Below are positions 56,003-64,000 of a stretch of 64,000 nt of DNA, in pieces (position 1 is the first letter of the stretch; each line of letters starts with the position of its first letter). The stretch comes from an uncultured Methanosarcinales archaeon (GTDB lineage Archaea; Nanobdellota; Nanobdellia; Woesearchaeales; JAGVZT01), in the NCBI GenBank assembly GCA_964419615.1, contig CAYQPU010000002.1, positions 9,778 through 73,777 of the forward strand, given 5' to 3'. Both the position numbers and the translations under genes were made by a program. The notes beneath the pieces were generated by a model. It was not told the origin of the DNA, searched no databases, and saw nothing but the letters and a program-made list of their open reading frames with translations.

Positions 56003-58585
56003 ATGAACATACAGTACAAAGAAGAACCAGACAATGAAGAGCAAATCCTAACTATTTTGCACCCCATTGTCAAAGAATGGTTCTATTCAAAATTCAAAGA
56101 ATTCTCCTTACCACAAAGATATGGTGTATCTGAAATTCATGCAAGGCAAAATATACTTGTCTCAGCTCCAACAGGAGCCACAAAAACCTTAACAGCTTTC
56201 CTGTCAATACTAAACGAATTAGTAGACTGCGCAGAAAAAGAAATATTGGAAGATAAAATTTATGCTGTCTACATCTCTCCATTAAAAGCATTAAACCATG
56301 ACATAGAAGTAAATCTAGCTACCCCATTAAAGGAAATTGAAGCAATAGCAGGCAAACCACTTGGAATAAGAGTGGCAGTCAGAACAGGTGACACAACAGC
56401 CTACCAAAAATCAAAAATGCTCAAGAATCCACCACATATTCTAATCACAACACCTGAATCACTGGGGATTGTTCTTTCCACAGTTAAATTCAGAGAATTA
56501 CTAACAAACGTTGACTGGTGCATTGTGGATGAAATACATGCTCTTGCTGAAAACAAAAGAGGAGTACATCTATCTTTGAGCTTAGAAAGACTTCAAAGAT
56601 TAAGCACACACATATGCCGAGTTGGATTATCAGCAACAGTAGCTCCATTAATTGAAGTATCAAAATTTCTTGTTGGTTATGATAATGGTGAACTCAGACC
56701 ATGCAAAATAGTCGATGTACAATTTATAAAAGACATGGATCTAAAAGTTTTAAGTCCAGTACCTGATCTAATAGAAACATCACATCATGACCTACACCAA
56801 AAAATGTATGAACTAATGGATAAACTAATACAAGATCACAAAACAACATTAGTCTTTACAAACACAAGGGCGGCAACAGAAAGAGTTGTTGATAACCTAA
56901 AAGACAAATACCCACAAAAGTACAAAGATAATATTGGAGCACACCATGGTTCTTTAAGCAAAACACTTAGACTAAGTATTGAAAACAAACTTAGAAATGG
57001 AGAACTAAAAGCAGTTGTATGCTCAACAAGTTTAGAACTTGGAATTGATATAGGTTACATTGACTTAGTAATTCTTTTAGGATCTCCAAAATCAGTTGCA
57101 AGAGCGTTGCAAAGAATAGGAAGATCAGGTCATAAACTACATGACACAACAAAGGGTAGAATAATTGTTCTAGATAGGGATGACTTAGTTGAATGCTCAG
57201 TTCTATTAAAAAGTGCTGTGGAAAAGAAAATGGACAAACTGCACATCCCAACAAACTGCTTAGATGTAATGTCACAACACATTTATGGGATAGCAATAGC
57301 AGGCCAGATTCATATTGATACATTATTCAAATTAATAAAAAAAAGCTACTGCTATCACAAACTCCCAAGAAAAGACTTTATGCAAATAATAGACTATCTT
57401 GCAGGAGAGTATGTCTCACTAGAAGAAAGACATGTATATGCAAAAATATGGTACGACAAAGACACTGGAATGATAGGTAGGAAAGGAAGAATGGCCAGAG
57501 TCATCTACATGACAAACATTGGCACAATACCTGACGAAACAAGAGTGCTAGTTAAAGTTGGAAACAACTTAATTGGCACAATTGAGGAAGCTTACCTTGA
57601 AAAACTAAAAAGAGGGGATGTGTTTGTTCTCGGAGGACAAACCTATGAATTCCTATTTGCCAGAGGTATGGTTGCGCAGGTCTCAGCAAGCACTTATCGG
57701 CCTCCAAATGTGCCAAGATGGTTTAGCGAAACCCTACCCTTAAGTTTTGATCTGGCCTTAGAAATTGGCAGGTTCAGAAGATTAATGGAAGACAAATTTG
57801 CAAACAAAATGTCAGAACAAGAAATAATCAAATTTATTTTAGATTTTCTATATGTTGATCAAAACGGTGCAATAGCAATCTATAACTACTTCAAATACCA
57901 ATATGAATACGCAGAAATACCACACGATAAAAAGATTGTAATAGAACATTATAAATCAGAAAGAGGTTCGTTTTACATCTTCCATTCTCTATTAGGCAGA
58001 AGAGTAAATGACTGCTTAAGTAGAGCGATTGGATTAGCAGTCTCAAGACAAGTCCTTAAAGGAGTTGAAATTGGAATCAATGATAATGGGTTTTACTTAT
58101 TTACTAACAAAAAACCTAACATAATGTCAGCTGTTAAAATCCTAAGGTCTGACAAGCTTAATCTTGTAATGAAAGTTGCAATAGAAAAAACTGAGATCTT
58201 AAAAAGAAGATTCAGGCACTGTGCAACACGAGCATTAATGATACTTAGAAACTACAAAGGCAGGAGAAAAAGAGTGGGAAAGCAGCAAGTAAGCTCTATG
58301 ATCCTTATGGCAACAGTAAAAAGAATAGACCCAAACTTTACAATCCTTAGGGAAGCGCGAAGAGAAGTATTAGAGGATTTAATGGATATAAAAAACACAG
58401 GGAAAATTTTAAAACAAATAGAAGATGAAAAAATTAAAATCAAACAGATCAACACACAAATCCCATCTCCATTTGCATTTAACCTTGTAACCCAAGGCCA
58501 TGCAGACATAATGAAAATGGAAGACAGATTGGAATTTCTAAAAAGAATGCACAATATGGTCAAGGCTAAGATTAGCTTGGGATAA
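56003..58585 (+). CDS. lhr: Lhr-like large superfamily-2 (DExH) helicase
   Basis: Motif I VSAPTGATKT (variant Walker A), motif II CIVDEIHAL, motif VI QRIGRSGH, and a long C-terminal Lhr-type extension. 860 aa. Confidence 0.7.
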   Translation: MNIQYKEEPDNEEQILTILHPIVKEWFYSKFKEFSLPQRYGVSEIHARQNILVSAPTGATKTLTAFLSILNELVDCAEKEILEDKIYAVYISPLKALNHDIEVNLATPLKEIEAIAGKPLGIRVAVRTGDTTAYQKSKMLKNPPHILITTPESLGIVLSTVKFRELLTNVDWCIVDEIHALAENKRGVHLSLSLERLQRLSTHICRVGLSATVAPLIEVSKFLVGYDNGELRPCKIVDVQFIKDMDLKVLSPVPDLIETSHHDLHQKMYELMDKLIQDHKTTLVFTNTRAATERVVDNLKDKYPQKYKDNIGAHHGSLSKTLRLSIENKLRNGELKAVVCSTSLELGIDIGYIDLVILLGSPKSVARALQRIGRSGHKLHDTTKGRIIVLDRDDLVECSVLLKSAVEKKMDKLHIPTNCLDVMSQHIYGIAIAGQIHIDTLFKLIKKSYCYHKLPRKDFMQIIDYLAGEYVSLEERHVYAKIWYDKDTGMIGRKGRMARVIYMTNIGTIPDETRVLVKVGNNLIGTIEEAYLEKLKRGDVFVLGGQTYEFLFARGMVAQVSASTYRPPNVPRWFSETLPLSFDLALEIGRFRRLMEDKFANKMSEQEIIKFILDFLYVDQNGAIAIYNYFKYQYEYAEIPHDKKIVIEHYKSERGSFYIFHSLLGRRVNDCLSRAIGLAVSRQVLKGVEIGINDNGFYLFTNKKPNIMSAVKILRSDKLNLVMKVAIEKTEILKRRFRHCATRALMILRNYKGRRKRVGKQQVSSMILMATVKRIDPNFTILREARREVLEDLMDIKNTGKILKQIEDEKIKIKQINTQIPSPFAFNLVTQGHADIMKMEDRLEFLKRMHNMVKAKISLG

Positions 58586-59081
58586 CCGCATTATACACAT
58601 GAGGAAATAATTTGTATGGAATTTTACTTTGAAGCTTTGCTTCATATTCCTGATTGTCCTCAGCAGCCTCTGGAAGTCTCACTCTAAACCAAAATTCAGG
58701 TAAAGTAACTTCTTCCTTATTGGATTGATTTATTAGTGTAATTTTTCTCATAAGCCTCTCCCTTACTCCAGATGGCTCAAAATAAGATTGGCTAACATCA
58801 AATGTAAACAAATCTGTCTGAGTTGAATCCAAAGGTAGCACAGATACCATTGCACTATAATCAACAACAGCATAATTAGCTGAATATATCTCACCAGTAT
58901 TATGATCAGTAAAAACATCCAATCCATCATCCACACAATTAAAGCATAAATTAGAAACTGTTAATTCAAATTTATTAAAACCTAACAAATATCTAATTTT
59001 ATCGAATAGTCCTATAGAATCTTGTTTTGCCATACTATGAGAAAATACAGCATTTATATAAATATTTTGGAAAATGTCCAC
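58572..59081 (-). CDS. Hypothetical protein
   Basis: 169-aa ORF, no motif. Confidence 0.25.
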   Translation of the reverse strand: MDIFQNIYINAVFSHSMAKQDSIGLFDKIRYLLGFNKFELTVSNLCFNCVDDGLDVFTDHNTGEIYSANYAVVDYSAMVSVLPLDSTQTDLFTFDVSQSYFEPSGVRERLMRKITLINQSNKEEVTLPEFWFRVRLPEAAEDNQEYEAKLQSKIPYKLFPHVYNAVIPS

Positions 59082-59141
59082 TTGTTAATGATTACACCTA
59101 ATTGGAAAACTATAAAAAGACAGCCATAGTATTCTAAAGTA

Positions 59142-60485
59142 ATGTCTAGTATAATTGAACTTGGAAAAGTAAGAAAAGGAGATGACAAAGAGGTTGGTGA
59201 AAAAGCTTCTTTGCTTGGAGAAGCATTTAATATTGTACCAGTTCCTGCAAGTTTTGTTTTAAAAACCAAATCCTTCCAGCGATTTGTTGCCAATCACAGG
59301 CAGAAAATAAACAATATTTTGGTTGATCCACAACTTGAGTATGAAGAAAAAGCAAATCAAATTCAATCTTTATTAAAATCCTTCCAAATACCAACTGAAT
59401 TACAAACGGAAATTTCTCAAGCTTATGAAAAATTAAGCATTGACTATACAAACATTGAAAGTGCTTTTGATCTTGTAAAACCAAAAAATTATACCTCAGT
59501 TGTACTTAGAGCTAATGCTTATGTAAAAGAAACAGGAAGTCCGCTTGCAAGCTCATATAAATTGGGAATAAACAAAAAATTAAATGAAAACATTCAAGAA
59601 ACATGGATTGATCTGTTTTGTGAAGACACAATTGAATTCATGGATGCAGAAGGATTAGACTTTGATGATGTTGGAGTTAGTCTGATTGTAAGCAAGATGG
59701 TACTAGCACACAAATCAGGAGTAATGTACTCAACAAACCCAGAAAGGGAGGAAGATCAAATTCTAGTTGAGGCTTGCTGGGGAACAGATGATTATTTCTT
59801 AATTGATGACAATGAACCTGACAGATATGATTTAGATAAAGAAGATTTGGAAATTGAAAATGTTGTGGTTGAAGAACAGCAATATGCATATGTGTTTGAC
59901 AAAGAAACACGAGAAAAGGGTAAAAGAACAATTCCTGACAGAGAGCGAACAATCAAGGTATTAAAAGATAATGAGATTGTGAAACTTGGAGCAATTGCAC
60001 GAAAGCTTGAAAACCACTTTGGAAAACCAGTTGAAGCAGAATTTATAATTGATAAGTCAAAAGCATATGTAACTCAAATAATGTTCTTAGAAGAAGATGA
60101 AGAAATCCTTGATGTAGATGGCAGTGACGAAGTTGTAGAAGGCATGAATGAAAACAAAGTTGATGATAGATACCCAGGCTTAGATGCAGCAGAGGACGAA
60201 CTGATTAGAATAAATGGAGAACAAGAAATAAGCAAGGAAGAAACTGAATCAGAAGAAAAGGCGCAAGAATCAGAGCAAATAACAGATGGACCCTCACAAG
60301 AAGTAGATGGATTTGAACTGGAAATAAAAAAAGTCATAGACAAATACTGCACAATAAACCCTGAACTAAAAAAAGTGTTTTATTTACTTCAAAAAGATAT
60401 ATTGGATCTATTTGATGAAGATGAAGAAATAGATGTTGCAGAAAAAGAAGATTCTGATGAATTTGAAGTAGATGAAGAGTTATAA
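59142..60485 (+). CDS. PEP-utilising-enzyme N-terminal (PPDK_N / ATP-grasp-like) domain protein with an acidic C-terminal tail
   Basis: VGEKASLLGEAFNIVPVPASFVLKTKSFQRF resembles the GGKGANLGE...VP.GFVI signature of PEP synthase / PPDK N-domains. No His-domain or PEP-binding domain follows; an E/D-rich tail instead. Confidence 0.4.
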   Translation: MSSIIELGKVRKGDDKEVGEKASLLGEAFNIVPVPASFVLKTKSFQRFVANHRQKINNILVDPQLEYEEKANQIQSLLKSFQIPTELQTEISQAYEKLSIDYTNIESAFDLVKPKNYTSVVLRANAYVKETGSPLASSYKLGINKKLNENIQETWIDLFCEDTIEFMDAEGLDFDDVGVSLIVSKMVLAHKSGVMYSTNPEREEDQILVEACWGTDDYFLIDDNEPDRYDLDKEDLEIENVVVEEQQYAYVFDKETREKGKRTIPDRERTIKVLKDNEIVKLGAIARKLENHFGKPVEAEFIIDKSKAYVTQIMFLEEDEEILDVDGSDEVVEGMNENKVDDRYPGLDAAEDELIRINGEQEISKEETESEEKAQESEQITDGPSQEVDGFELEIKKVIDKYCTINPELKKVFYLLQKDILDLFDEDEEIDVAEKEDSDEFEVDEEL

Positions 60486-60553
60486 GTTCTTTTCCCCTCA
60501 AAAGTGATAATTTTGCCAATCTTTATATATTCATTTTAATTTCTAAATATAAA

Positions 60554-61315
60554 ATGGTATATAAAAACTCACAAAATGAACTGGATGCTGAAGTACTAGA
60601 ATTAATACAAAATAATCGTCCTTTAAGAAAATCTTTAATTGAGATATTTGAAAGAGATTGGTTAGGGAAGAAAGCAGAATATAATCCTGGCGTTGGGACT
60701 GGAGATGCTCCTATGATTATAAATACCTCACTTGAGTCGATTGATTTAGTACGACTCTTAGTACAAAGCGACTTTAAGATGGACAAACTACCTGAAGATG
60801 TTCAAGAAGTCACCCATATGGTCGAAATAAGTACACGTAATCTAAGCATAGAAAAAATACTTGATCCTTTGGTTAAATATGGTATACTGGATGTAGAATC
60901 AGAAAAAATCTCTAAATGTGCAACTGTCTTAACATATTCATTAACTGAGAAATCTAAAAATCAAAGAAAAGCTTTAGAAGATGCATGTGCATTTGCAATT
61001 GTTCCGGATAACAGTGTGAGAATGTTTGAAATCTACATTGATACTATAACAACTTATGGTGGTATGGATGGGATTCTCTTAGTTGATAATGGAGAGATTA
61101 AAATGCTTGCTTATGATCATAATCCTGAGGGCAAAGACAGGATAGTGGGATTTGGTTTTCCAGAGGAATGTATTGACTTAGTTGACATTACATCAGAAGG
61201 GATAGTTTCAGATAGATGTACTATTAATTATATGTATGAAGGAAAAAAAAGATTTAGATTACATGCACAAATCCTAGAAAAACATGGTTTAATGCCTGAA
61301 CCAAGGGAGAACTAA
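60554..61315 (+). CDS. Hypothetical protein, member 1 of a tandem three-gene paralog family
   Basis: LEDACAFAIVPDN aligns with FSDAIAYAEIPDT and LSDAVAFAEIPPE in the two downstream genes. The N-terminal M(V/T)Y(K/Q/E)NS..(L/E)D...LE.I is shared. Confidence 0.3.
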   Translation: MVYKNSQNELDAEVLELIQNNRPLRKSLIEIFERDWLGKKAEYNPGVGTGDAPMIINTSLESIDLVRLLVQSDFKMDKLPEDVQEVTHMVEISTRNLSIEKILDPLVKYGILDVESEKISKCATVLTYSLTEKSKNQRKALEDACAFAIVPDNSVRMFEIYIDTITTYGGMDGILLVDNGEIKMLAYDHNPEGKDRIVGFGFPEECIDLVDITSEGIVSDRCTINYMYEGKKRFRLHAQILEKHGLMPEPREN

Positions 61316-61316
61316 A

Positions 61317-61907
61317 ATGACATATCAAAACAAAGGAGATCAACTTGACTCAAAACTTTTAGAAGAGATAACAATTAATGGATTAGTAAGACATGTAATG
61401 AAGAGTGTTCTATATAGTGATTCATTAGGTAGGGGGTCATTTATTCCATTTACAAATGGATCTGAAGATAATACAATTATTAGACTTATTATGAAAGAAG
61501 TTTTAGTTTCCAGAGGAACAAATGCATATTGGCTGTTTATTGCGGATAAGTATGAGGATTCAAAAGAAGCTTTCTCAGATGCTATTGCGTATGCTGAAAT
61601 CCCTGACACAAAGCACCATTTTCTCGATGATCATTTGGGAAACATAGTCAAATATAAAGGTCAAACTGGTTTATTCACCTTACATGCTGGAGAACCCAAA
61701 TTTATCTTCAGTGGCGCAACAAATGATAAATTACCTTTCATTTATGTTGTACATATTGAACCAAGAGAACTAAGTGGATTTAATCAAGGTAATCTTTTAT
61801 TAGATCACGCAAAATCAGGACTTGGTGCAAGTGTTTTCTACGAAGGAGACTTAGAATACGATGCATATTCTCCAAAATTAATTGAAAAAGGATTGTTGAA
61901 ACTGTAA
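61317..61907 (+). CDS. Hypothetical protein, tandem paralog 2
   Basis: MTYQNKGDQLDSKLLEEI...FSDAIAYAEIPDTKHHFLDDHLGNIVKY...LFTLHAGEPKF parallels paralog 3. Confidence 0.3.
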   Translation: MTYQNKGDQLDSKLLEEITINGLVRHVMKSVLYSDSLGRGSFIPFTNGSEDNTIIRLIMKEVLVSRGTNAYWLFIADKYEDSKEAFSDAIAYAEIPDTKHHFLDDHLGNIVKYKGQTGLFTLHAGEPKFIFSGATNDKLPFIYVVHIEPRELSGFNQGNLLLDHAKSGLGASVFYEGDLEYDAYSPKLIEKGLLKL

Positions 61908-61965
61908 AAGAGTAGGCTTAGGGCATGACACCAAGCAACTTTAAATATTTAAATTCCTATACAAA

Positions 61966-62550
61966 ATGACATATGAAAATTCAAGTGAGCAATTAGAACC
62001 CAGGATTAAGTCTTTAATTGAAGACAATCATTATGTAAGAGCTGTTCTCCAAGACGTTTTATGGAGTTTTGCAAAGTATAGAAAATTTGGCATTCCTCTT
62101 TCTAAAGATGAACGAGACCTGGCAATAGATGAACTTATTTTTAAAGGAGTGATCAAAAGTGCTTTTACTGATACATATTTCTTATCTGTTACTGAAGATT
62201 ATAAAGAAAAGACAAAAGCATTATCAGATGCTGTTGCATTTGCTGAGATTCCACCTGAAAAAGAACAATTGTTTCTTGATAATTTAGGTGAAACAATTAA
62301 ATACTGTGATCATGAAGGGTTACTAACAATACATGCTGGCAAAGCTATTTGGTTATTCCATTATACAGATCAGTGGGGAGTGAGATCTGTTTACAGATTT
62401 GATGTTACTGCAGAAAGATTAATTGATGTTAAAGAAGGTGTTCTCAATCTTGACCAAAACCATCCTGGAGGAACCACAAGTATTGTTTATGATGCATCAA
62501 CAGATTATCCTCCTTTGTTTGATATACTAAATAAAAAAGGTTTAGTTTGA
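61966..62550 (+). CDS. Hypothetical protein, tandem paralog 3
   Basis: MTYENSSEQLEPRIKSLI...LSDAVAFAEIPPEKEQLFLDNLGETIKY...LLTIHAGKAIW. Confidence 0.3.
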   Translation: MTYENSSEQLEPRIKSLIEDNHYVRAVLQDVLWSFAKYRKFGIPLSKDERDLAIDELIFKGVIKSAFTDTYFLSVTEDYKEKTKALSDAVAFAEIPPEKEQLFLDNLGETIKYCDHEGLLTIHAGKAIWLFHYTDQWGVRSVYRFDVTAERLIDVKEGVLNLDQNHPGGTTSIVYDASTDYPPLFDILNKKGLV

Positions 62551-62818
62551 GAAACAGATTCTATGTGAACTAAAGAGATTTTTAGGCTGTGTTACAATCT
62601 GACTGATAATTTAGAGTCAGTCTGATCAATATCAGTCAATACAGTGTATTGAAGGCATGGCGAGGCGAATGCTGAGTAAGATTCTAAATCATCAGTTGTA
62701 TGATCTCAATGTCAACAGATTTCTGGTCACATTTAATTGTTACTGACAAGTAAGTACAAAAACAAAAGATTTAAATACTAGTTATACCTATATAGTAGTA
62801 ATTAGGGGGTGGATAAAT

Positions 62819-63031
62819 ATGAGTTATATGCCGAATATAGCAGACTTAGCTGAATTATACCAAAATACACTTGCTCCATTAGTAGAGGGTGGAGTCCCAG
62901 AGATGCCAAATGAGTTGCTGCGATTTGCAGATATGTTTGGCAGTGCACTAGATATTCAATTATCTGGTGGAACTGTGATTGGTGGAATAGTTTTAGCTAT
63001 TGCAATAGGTTATTCTGTAATCAGAAGCTAA
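62819..63031 (+). CDS. Small protein with a C-terminal hydrophobic helix (hypothetical)
   Basis: 70 aa. GGTVIGGIVLAIAIGYSVI resembles a TM segment. An RBS-like gggggtgg is upstream. Confidence 0.25.
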   Translation: MSYMPNIADLAELYQNTLAPLVEGGVPEMPNELLRFADMFGSALDIQLSGGTVIGGIVLAIAIGYSVIRS

Positions 63032-63035
63032 TAAA

Positions 63036-64000
63036 AATGCTAAAAACAATAAGAAAAACAGTTTCAAGAAACAAACTGAAAAACCTTCAGTACAAAACAG
63101 GACTATTCTCAGCTGCAAAAAAAGATGTCAAAACTGGCTATAATGCAGCTTGGATAAGAGATAATATATATGAAGCTCTGGGCTTAGAACCAAGCAAAGA
63201 TGTCAAATCAATAAAAAAGACATATCATGCTTTATTTGACGTATTCTTAATGCATGAATGGAAAATAGATCAAGCTATCAAAAGTAAGCCAAAGTATGAC
63301 TTTGAATATATTCATGCTAGATATAATCCTGAAACATTCACAGAATTTCATGAACCATGGGGAAACAAGCAAAATGATGCAATAGGTGCATTCCTATTCA
63401 AAGTAGGAGATTTATACAAAAAAGGATTAGTTGTTTTTAGAAACCATGATGATCTTAGATTACTTCAAAAGCTTGTTTACTATTTAGCCAGTATTGAATA
63501 TTGGCAAGATAAAGACAATGGAATCTGGGAAGAAAATGAAGAAGTTCATGCAAGCTCAGCTGGAGCATGCTTAGCTGGATTAAATTCAATCTCACCAATT
63601 GTATTTGTGCCTAAACCACTAATGCAAAAAGGAAGAGAAGCTCTAAACCAGTTACTTCCAAGAGAGTCAAAAACAAAGGAAGTTGATTTAGCACTTTTAA
63701 CTTTAATTTACCCATACAACATAGTTAATGATACTCAAAAATCACAAATCCTTTGGAATGTTGAAAAAAAACTAGTTAGAAAAAATGGAATAATCAGATA
63801 CAAAAATGATAGGTACTACAGTAATGGAAAAGAAGCAGAATGGTGCTTTGGATTTCCATGGTTAGCCAAGATCTACAAGGATATGGGAAATTATGAAAAA
63901 TATGAACTTTACATAAAGAAAACTCACAGCATAATGAACTCTAAATTAGAGATTCCAGAATTATACTATGCAGAAACAGATCGTCATAATGAAAACACAC
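63036..64000 (+). CDS. Glycoside hydrolase family 15 (glucoamylase/glucodextranase-like), N-terminal part; gene runs off the window end
   Basis: IEYWQDKDNGIWEENEEVHASSAGACLAGL and NGIIRYKNDRYY...EWCFGFPWLAKIY match the GH15 (alpha/alpha)6 catalytic-domain signatures. No stop before 64000. Confidence 0.55.

Noticed and set aside
62560-62810. Possible C/D-box sRNA in the intergenic region before 62819
   Set aside because: The UGAUGA- and CUGA-like strings found (including the tgactga and gtcagtctga repeats) are not arranged as a C-D'-C'-D unit with a terminal stem. They were judged to be chance matches.

Overview
AT-rich window with compact genes on both strands. Archaeal hallmarks suggest a DPANN-like archaeon: Bud32 and RIO kinases, a fused PriS–PriL-type primase, an Lhr-type helicase, an A24 preflagellin/prepilin peptidase, a tRNA with a non-canonical intron, and Shine-Dalgarno-like GGAGG/GGTGA sites. 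Housekeeping genes (pyrG, cysK-like, cysS, HAD hydrolase, LemA, isochorismatase, methyltransferases) sit in the right two thirds. The left third (~3.0–22.1 kb) is a dense island of ten radical-SAM (CxxxCxxC) genes. Seven are MoaA/PqqE-like paralogs of ~300 aa that share a C-terminal CxxCx5CxG..K.Y..G..E..P motif, and two of these are inactivated. One is HemN-like, and two are large SPASM-type maturases. A class-V cysteine desulfurase is embedded in the same operon. The core of the island is a 145-aa precursor-like protein: an N-terminal leader with a hydrophobic segment, then ~30 tandem His-Gly-Ser triplets encoded by a 9-bp DNA tandem repeat. It is flanked by the two SPASM maturases and preceded by two small paralogous proteins, a lipoprotein and an A24 peptidase. 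This matches what I recall of the bacterial 'His-Xaa-Ser (Hxs)' RiPP-like system (HxsA precursor, HxsB/HxsC radical-SAM pair, HxsD). Here it is in an archaeal context with a large radical-SAM expansion, and it is the candidate novel system. Other notable items: a 0.7-kb GC-enriched non-coding block with ~11 hairpins, six sharing AGC-loop-GCU apices and five of those followed by a conserved GGAAYG.AGTGA box; a three-copy ~150-nt structured element with a co-varying terminal helix (2655–2808, 35219–35366 inverted, 55805–55944); an unannotated tRNA-Gln(CUG) with an 88-nt intron in the T-loop, next to an IS5-like transposase remnant and a missed 47-aa zinc-ribbon gene; a 1153-aa Cys-rich secreted protein with (E/D)CCGDD repeats; and a tandem triplet of small paralogs at 60.5–62.5 kb. 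No CRISPR array and no rRNA were found.
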